Shown: in pieces, positions 59,315 through 64,000 of the stretch
Position numbering within the stretch: the stretch's first letter is position 1
Layout: every line of letters begins with the position of its first letter
Translations under genes and position numbers: made by a program
Notes under the pieces: model-generated
Told to the model about the DNA's origin: nothing
The model's input: only the letters and a program-made list of their open reading frames with translations
The model's database searches: none
Source of the DNA: Nitrospirota bacterium
GTDB taxonomy: Bacteria; Nitrospirota; UBA9217
Direction of reading: 5' to 3'
Length of the DNA stretch: 64,000 bases
Assembly: GCA_963790205.1 (NCBI GenBank)
Contig: CAWBNQ010000005.1
Coordinates: 448,001-512,000 of the forward strand

Positions 59315-59995
59315 ATGCTGAAAAAAATAATTAAAATTCTGCTCGGCGTGGCGCTGCTTCCCTTCTGCGCGGGCTTTACCTGGCAGTTCGGCGCATCCGT
59401 TTTCAGCGTGGCCTACAAACCGGACCTGCCTTATTATTTCCTTGCCGGCGGCCTGACCTATCTAAGCGTGCACCTCCTCTTCAAAAAGCCGATTCTCACC
59501 TACGTTTTCGGCCATGAGCTTACCCACGCATTCTTTGCCGTGCTTTTCGGCGGCTCGGTAAAGTCCTTTCAGGCCAGCGAACGGGGAGGGCGGGTGACCT
59601 TGACGAAGTCCAACTTCATCATCACCCTGGCACCCTACTTTTTTCCGCTGTACACGTTCGTAGCGCTCATCTTCTACGGGCTCGCGTCCGCGGCGGATGT
59701 CCGGTGGGCCGCCGGATGGAGCATCTTTTTTGCGGGCGCCACTTTTTCATTTCACCTCATCCTGACGTTCTTTTTTTTGCAGACCGATCAGAGCGACATC
59801 AAGGAGCACGGAGCCGTCTTTTCCTATCCGCTCATTTATCTTTTCAATATCATGTTTGCGGCCTTCCTCGTCCATGCGCTCCTCTCGAAAAACACGGGCT
59901 TCCTCGGCTTCCTCAGAGGTGGTATAATGAAAAGTGTTCTGATGACATCGCGGATTATCGGCAAGCTCTACGAAACCGCGCGGAGCATGATGTGA
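59315..59995 (+). CDS. Membrane metallopeptidase, M50B-like
   Basis: HELTH zinc motif next to TM segments; ITLAPYFFP. Confidence 0.72.
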   Translation: MLKKIIKILLGVALLPFCAGFTWQFGASVFSVAYKPDLPYYFLAGGLTYLSVHLLFKKPILTYVFGHELTHAFFAVLFGGSVKSFQASERGGRVTLTKSNFIITLAPYFFPLYTFVALIFYGLASAADVRWAAGWSIFFAGATFSFHLILTFFFLQTDQSDIKEHGAVFSYPLIYLFNIMFAAFLVHALLSKNTGFLGFLRGGIMKSVLMTSRIIGKLYETARSMM

Positions 59996-60013
59996 GACGG
60001 CAAAATCAAGATT

Positions 60014-60077
60014 CACCACAGAGAGCACAGAGGTAAAGCTTTTAAAAACTAAATTTTTTCTCTGAGTCCTCTGTGGT
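60014..60077. repeat. Nonamer-based inverted repeat
   Basis: accacagag agcacagag ... ctctgagtc ctctgtggt. Confidence 0.7.
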
Positions 60078-60135
60078 AGCTTTGGCTTTTCTTTTCTTTA
60101 CTTAACCAGATAGGAACGCAATAGGCGGCCATTGT

Positions 60136-60750
60136 ATGATCATTGTCGGACTTACCGGCGGCATTGCCAGCGGGAAAAGCCTCGTAGCGAAGGTCCTCAA
60201 GGACCTTGGCGCGCACCTTATCGACGCTGACAAGATCGTTCATGAGCTTTTGGAACCGGGTCAGCAGGCATGGGGAGAGGTGCTTGCGTACTTCGGCACC
60301 GGGATCGAGCTCCCCGGCGGGACCATTGACCGCAGAAAGCTGGGAGATATTGTGTTCGGCGATCCCGGGAAAAGGGCATGGCTCAATCGCTGTCTTCATC
60401 CGAAAGTGTTCGAGGTCTTCACGACACAGATCAGGCACCTGAGCTCCAGGCAGCCGGATGTCATCGTGGTGTTTGACGCGGCTCTGCTCATAGAAACAGG
60501 CTACCATAAAAAGATGGACAAGGTCATTGTGGTCTACGCAGATGAAGAGCAGCAGTTAAAACGCCTCATGGAACGGGACCGCTTCACCCATGACCAGGCC
60601 ATGGCCCGGATCCGGAGCCAGATGCCGCTTGGCGAAAAGAGGCCGCACGCGGACTACGTGATAGAAAACACGGGAAACCGGGAAGAGACCGAGCGCCAGA
60701 CCCGCGAGATCTTCGAGCTCCTGAAAAGAAATACGAAAGAACAGAGGTGA
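60136..60750 (+). CDS. coaE: Dephospho-CoA kinase
   Basis: GLTGGIASGKS, IDAD, LHP and RIRSQMP. Confidence 0.96.
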   Translation: MIIVGLTGGIASGKSLVAKVLKDLGAHLIDADKIVHELLEPGQQAWGEVLAYFGTGIELPGGTIDRRKLGDIVFGDPGKRAWLNRCLHPKVFEVFTTQIRHLSSRQPDVIVVFDAALLIETGYHKKMDKVIVVYADEEQQLKRLMERDRFTHDQAMARIRSQMPLGEKRPHADYVIENTGNREETERQTREIFELLKRNTKEQR

Positions 60751-61244
60751 AACCCGCCTTCAGAATCATACCGATGACCTCCGCCCACCGTGGGGCATGC
60801 AACGAAATCGTCAGCCTGTCCGAGCCCTGGGTAACGCTCGGCGAAGGGGTCGATTTCAAGACTTACATCACCCTGAAACAGGCCTATGTCTGCACCGTAC
60901 TGAATGTCGGAAAAACAGAGGTCTCCGGGTTCGTAATCTTCACCGCAGACCCGGTGTTCGCCCGCGGCGGGTATCTCCGTGCCATAGGCGTCGCACCGGC
61001 CATGCGCAGGCACGGCATCGGCAGGAAACTCCTCGCCTTTACGGAAAGCAGGATCGCGCGCCGCTGCGATAATATATTTCTCTGCGTTTCGTCATTTAAC
61101 CGCTCCGCGCAGTCCTTTTACAGAAAACTCGGTTACCGGAGGGTGGGCAAGCTGCCCGGCTTGCTCGTGCCGGGAAAAGCAGAATATATTTTTTGGAAGC
61201 GTTTGCGGCCCGCCGGCCGAAAACAGGGAAAGGCAAAACCGTGA
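60747..61244 (+). CDS. GNAT-family acetyltransferase
   Basis: VAPAMRRHGIGRKLL and NRSAQSFYRKLGY. Confidence 0.9.
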   Translation: MKPAFRIIPMTSAHRGACNEIVSLSEPWVTLGEGVDFKTYITLKQAYVCTVLNVGKTEVSGFVIFTADPVFARGGYLRAIGVAPAMRRHGIGRKLLAFTESRIARRCDNIFLCVSSFNRSAQSFYRKLGYRRVGKLPGLLVPGKAEYIFWKRLRPAGRKQGKAKP

Positions 61245-61919
61245 CCATAAAGGACCTAAAAAAAATCGACCTCTTTAAAAATCTTTCCGACGATGAACTT
61301 AAGGAACTCGAGCCATACCTCGTAACGTCGTCGTACCGAAAAAAAGAGGACATCTTCTCCGAAGGAGACCCGCCCGAGTGGTTCTTTATCGTTTCAAAGG
61401 GCAAGGTGAAGATCACCAAGCTTTCCCATGAAGGCAAGGAGATCATCCTCGAGATCATCTCCCCCACCGATATTTTCGGCGGCGTTGCCGTGATCCGGGG
61501 GTTCCCCTACCCCGCGAATGCGGTCGCCATGGAGGACACCGAGGTGCTGAAGATCTCGCGCAAGAACCTGATGCGCCTGGTGGACCGCTTTCCAAACCTC
61601 ATGTACTGCATCGCCCTCCAGCTCGGGGACCGGATGAAGAGCTCCTACGACTCGCTCAAGAACATCGCCCTGGAGCGCGTGGAAGCCAGGATCGCGGCCC
61701 TGCTGCTCAAGCTGTCGAAAAAGGTCGGCGTGGACACCGGCAAAGGGACCCTGATCGACATGCGGCTCACCAAGCAGGACGTGGCCGACATGGTCGGCAC
61801 GACGGTCGAGACCTCGATCAGGACCTTCAGCAAATTCAAAAAAGAGGGGCTCGTGGCCGTTGCTGGACGGCAAGTTCGTCATCAAGGACCGGGAAGGACT
61901 GGCGGAGCTTTCGTCGTGA
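61241..61919 (+). CDS. Crp/Fnr-family regulator (HcpR/DNR-like), probable frameshift at about 61863
   Basis: cNMP fold IFSEGD...GKVKITK, YPANAVA and HTH LTKQDVADMVGTTVETSIR; natural tail DGKFVIKDREGLAELSS lies in the +1 frame, while the uncorrected ORF ends at 61930. Confidence 0.9.
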
Positions 61920-61928
61920 TCAGAAAAT

Positions 61929-62020
61929 AGTAGACTGTAGGCAGTAAACAGTAGACAGGATGGACAGCTATTAAGGCATGCCCTCCCCGTCTACCGTCTA
62001 CAGTATGCTGTTTACTGTTG
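61929..62020. repeat. Heptamer-based inverted repeat
   Basis: agtagac tgtaggc agtaaac agtagac ... ccgtcta ccgtcta cagtatg ctgttta. Confidence 0.7.
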
Positions 62021-62033
62021 TACCAGCACCGCT

Positions 62034-62447
62034 TCAATGCGCTTGTTCCACCTTGCTGAGCAGCGTCATCAGCATGTTATAGAAGAAGAGAAATATGGCC
62101 AGTGCCTGTACAATGCCGAAGGCCAAGGTCAGCATCCGGTACAGGCTGTCCGGGTAAAAGACATTCACGCAGAAGAACGCCAACATGCCCACGAGCGATA
62201 TGTTCGCCAGCCAGAACTGTGTCTCCCCGATCTTGTTGCTGTACAAGGGCCTGCCCATAAACCGCGGCAGGATATGGTAGCCCACGCCGTAGATCATCAT
62301 CGAGACCCAGCCGAGCATGTTGAGATGTGAGTGCACGAATTTGATCGCCATCATGTTCGGATTGCCGAGCATAACGAGCCCTAAGACCGTCGAGATGCCG
62401 AGGTACACGATGCTCATCACGATAAAACCCTTCACGAACTTGTCCAT
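62034..62447 (-). CDS. Small 4-TM protein resembling a fragment of heme-copper oxidase subunit I / NnrS
   Basis: FVHSHLNMLGWVSMMIYGVGYHILPRF; SD AGGAGG. Confidence 0.75.
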   Translation of the reverse strand: MDKFVKGFIVMSIVYLGISTVLGLVMLGNPNMMAIKFVHSHLNMLGWVSMMIYGVGYHILPRFMGRPLYSNKIGETQFWLANISLVGMLAFFCVNVFYPDSLYRMLTLAFGIVQALAIFLFFYNMLMTLLSKVEQAH

Positions 62448-62508
62448 GGAAAATTCCCTCCTGTAGTTGTAAGATAGGTATAGTATAGAACAAACAGCCG
62501 CCGAACGC

Positions 62509-62524
62509 TATGACCTGCCTCATA
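62509..62524. promoter_or_regulatory. Crp/Fnr box 1
   Basis: TATGA-CCTGCC-TCATA; the -10 TATACT (62487-62482, minus strand) places it at about -41.5. Confidence 0.75.
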
Positions 62525-62543
62525 CGGGATCAAAAAGAGTGAG

Positions 62544-62559
62544 TATGATACACGTCATA
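62544..62559. promoter_or_regulatory. Crp/Fnr box 2
   Basis: TATGA-TACACG-TCATA; the -10 TGcTATAGT (62581-62586) places it at about -41.5. Confidence 0.75.
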
Positions 62560-62615
62560 ACCGCGATGCGGCTTATCTGCTATAGTAGAATCAATAAAAT
62601 ATCAAGGAGGCCACA

Positions 62616-62828
62616 ATGATAGCGGAAAAAAAGAAAATAACGAAAGACTCGATCATCGGAGACGTGATAAAGATGAGCCCGAAAGCAAAAGAGGTCATCC
62701 AGAAGTACTTCGGGAACGGGTGCTTCACCTGCCCCGGGATCAATATGGAGTCCATCTCCTTCGGCTCAATGATGCACAATCTCGACCCGAACAAGATCGT
62801 CGACGAGATCAACGCGCTGGAGGGCTAA
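62616..62828 (+). CDS. DUF1858-like small CxxC protein
   Basis: ITKDSIIGDVI, CFTCPG and ESISFGSMMHNLD; SD AAGGAGG. Confidence 0.82.
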   Translation: MIAEKKKITKDSIIGDVIKMSPKAKEVIQKYFGNGCFTCPGINMESISFGSMMHNLDPNKIVDEINALEG

Positions 62829-62829
62829 C

Positions 62830-62967
62830 ATGGCCACGAAAGAGCTTAAATGTTTTGTTTGCGGGGCAAATGACAAGGACAGGGTTTACCTGCCCTGCTT
62901 TCACGAAGGAAAAGAAAAGGTCGTCTGCACCCGCTGCCTCCCCATGCTCATCCACGGGGCGCATTGA
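62830..62967 (+). CDS. 45-aa Cys-rich small protein (not in the ORF track)
   Basis: MATKELKCFVCGANDKDRVYLPCFHEGKEKVVCTRCLPMLIHGAH; SD GGAGG; starts 1 nt after the upstream stop. Confidence 0.8.
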   Translation: MATKELKCFVCGANDKDRVYLPCFHEGKEKVVCTRCLPMLIHGAH

Positions 62968-62971
62968 TAAA

Positions 62972-63070
62972 CCTCGACGGACGACGGACGATTGTTCGCT
63001 TCGCTCACTCGGACGATGGACGTGAACAGCCAAGCGCTTTCGTCCGTCGTCTCTCGTCCTTCGTCTCTCT
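62972..63070. repeat. Heptamer-based inverted repeat (GGACGAY family)
   Basis: cgacgga cgacgga cga...ggacgat ggacg ... tcgtccg tcgtctc tcgtcct tcgtctc. Confidence 0.7.
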
Positions 63071-63130
63071 TCCCTTGCAGCCAGTATAAAAAGTGTAGAA
63101 TTTCAGGGCCGATATTGGTAAACTACCGTC

Positions 63131-63823
63131 ATGAACAGAGAACTGGCAATTGTACTTCTCAGCGGCGGGATGGACAGCTGCGTCACTGCCGCCATCGCGA
63201 ATACAGAGTATCGGCTCGCGTTTCTCCATGTGAACTACGGCCAGAGGACCGAAGCGCGCGAACTTCAAGCGTTCAACGAGGTTGCGGACCATTACAAAGT
63301 TAAGAACCGCCTCGTGGTGAGCATAGAACACTTGAAAGTCATCGGCGGCTCCGCCCTGACGGACACAAACATCCCCGTCCCTGAAGCTGACGCCCCTCAA
63401 TCGGCAATCCAAAATCTACAATCCGCAATTCCATCGACTTACGTTCCCTTCCGAAACGCCCACCTGCTCTCGATCGCAACTTCCTGGGCAGAGGTGATCG
63501 GAGCCAGGAAGATATTCATCGGCGCCGTTGAAGAGGACAGCTCAGGCTACCCCGATTGCCGCGAGACCTTTTATCAGGCCTTCAACAAAGTCATCGAAAT
63601 GGGAACAAAACCGGAGACACGGGTCGAGATCGTCACGCCGCTCATTCACATGAAAAAAGGAGAGATCGTGAAACGGGGCGTCGAGCTCGGCGCGCCGCTC
63701 CGCATCACCTGGAGCTGCTATCAGAACAGCGAAAAGGCCTGCGGCAGGTGCGAGAGCTGCGCATTGCGATTGAAGGGGTTCAAAGAGGCCGGTGTGAAGG
63801 ACCCGATACCGTATGAGGGATAA
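63131..63823 (+). CDS. queC: 7-cyano-7-deazaguanine synthase
   Basis: [30 protein letters not shown] and [10 protein letters not shown]. Confidence 0.97.
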   Translation: MNRELAIVLLSGGMDSCVTAAIANTEYRLAFLHVNYGQRTEARELQAFNEVADHYKVKNRLVVSIEHLKVIGGSALTDTNIPVPEADAPQSAIQNLQSAIPSTYVPFRNAHLLSIATSWAEVIGARKIFIGAVEEDSSGYPDCRETFYQAFNKVIEMGTKPETRVEIVTPLIHMKKGEIVKRGVELGAPLRITWSCYQNSEKACGRCESCALRLKGFKEAGVKDPIPYEG

Positions 63824-63894
63824 ATAAACACATTAAAATCCTGCGAGAGTCCACCGTTCAGAATAATTCCATTCCAGGTTTCATCTGCCACTAT

Positions 63895-63999
63895 TTACTT
63901 TGCTAAAGCGAAATAATTATCAAGTACCGGTTGAAACATGCTATCGAAGTTTTCGTTTAAATCGGCGGGATCGTTAGTCCACTTCGGACACCACGTTAT
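63895..63999 (-). CDS. Possible 3' end of a gene entering from beyond the window
   Basis: Open frame ITWCPKWTNDPADLNENFDSMFQPVLDNYFALAK* in lower-GC sequence. Confidence 0.3.
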   Translation of the reverse strand: MTWCPKWTNDPADLNENFDSMFQPVLDNYFALAK

Positions 64000-64000
64000 A

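Noticed and set aside
63070..63130. preQ1 riboswitch before queC
   Set aside because: No class I stem-loop with A-rich tail, and the promoter appears to abut the ATG
1..64000. CRISPR array, cas genes or anti-phage defence systems
   Set aside because: No regularly spaced 25-40 bp direct repeats and no recognisable cas, reverse transcriptase or defence genes

Overview
A 64 kb, mostly core-genome window from a moderately GC-rich Gram-negative bacterium. The gene set (TIGR04442-like gene, pilBTCSR, rnfCDGEAB, futalosine-type UbiD) suggests an anaerobe of Nitrospirota or deltaproteobacterial affinity; this is inference. It carries lolE, lysS, purC, a type IV pilus block, aroE, polA, tamB, glnD, mazG, lpdA, gcvH, a complete Rnf operon, crcB, surE-pcm, ihfA-merR, smc, lptFG, coaE, queC, tRNA-Thr(CGT), tRNA-Pro(GGG) and one intact IS630 element with a -1 frameshift. 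The ORF track misses several things. (1) Two adjacent ORFs are one secreted DsbA-like selenoprotein, with an in-frame UGA giving a UPYC active site and SECIS-like hairpins. (2) A Crp/Fnr regulator sits next to a divergent promoter pair with two TATGA-N6-TCATA boxes, both at about -41.5. These drive a membrane protein, a DUF1858-like protein and an uncalled 45-aa CxxC/CxxC protein, and a third box lies beside nifU. (3) A three-copy TTGAA...TTCAA palindromic mini-element occurs, one copy inserted in a decayed gene. (4) Heptamer and nonamer inverted repeats are dispersed across the window, one translated inside QueC. (5) Three +1 frameshifts (DUF190, smc, Crp/Fnr) share a CT signature suggesting consensus artefacts. 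(6) There is a structured rnfA-rnfB spacer, an NrdR-like box before smc and a perfect FNR box before a transglutaminase-ABC module. All family assignments come from motif recognition; no database search was run.
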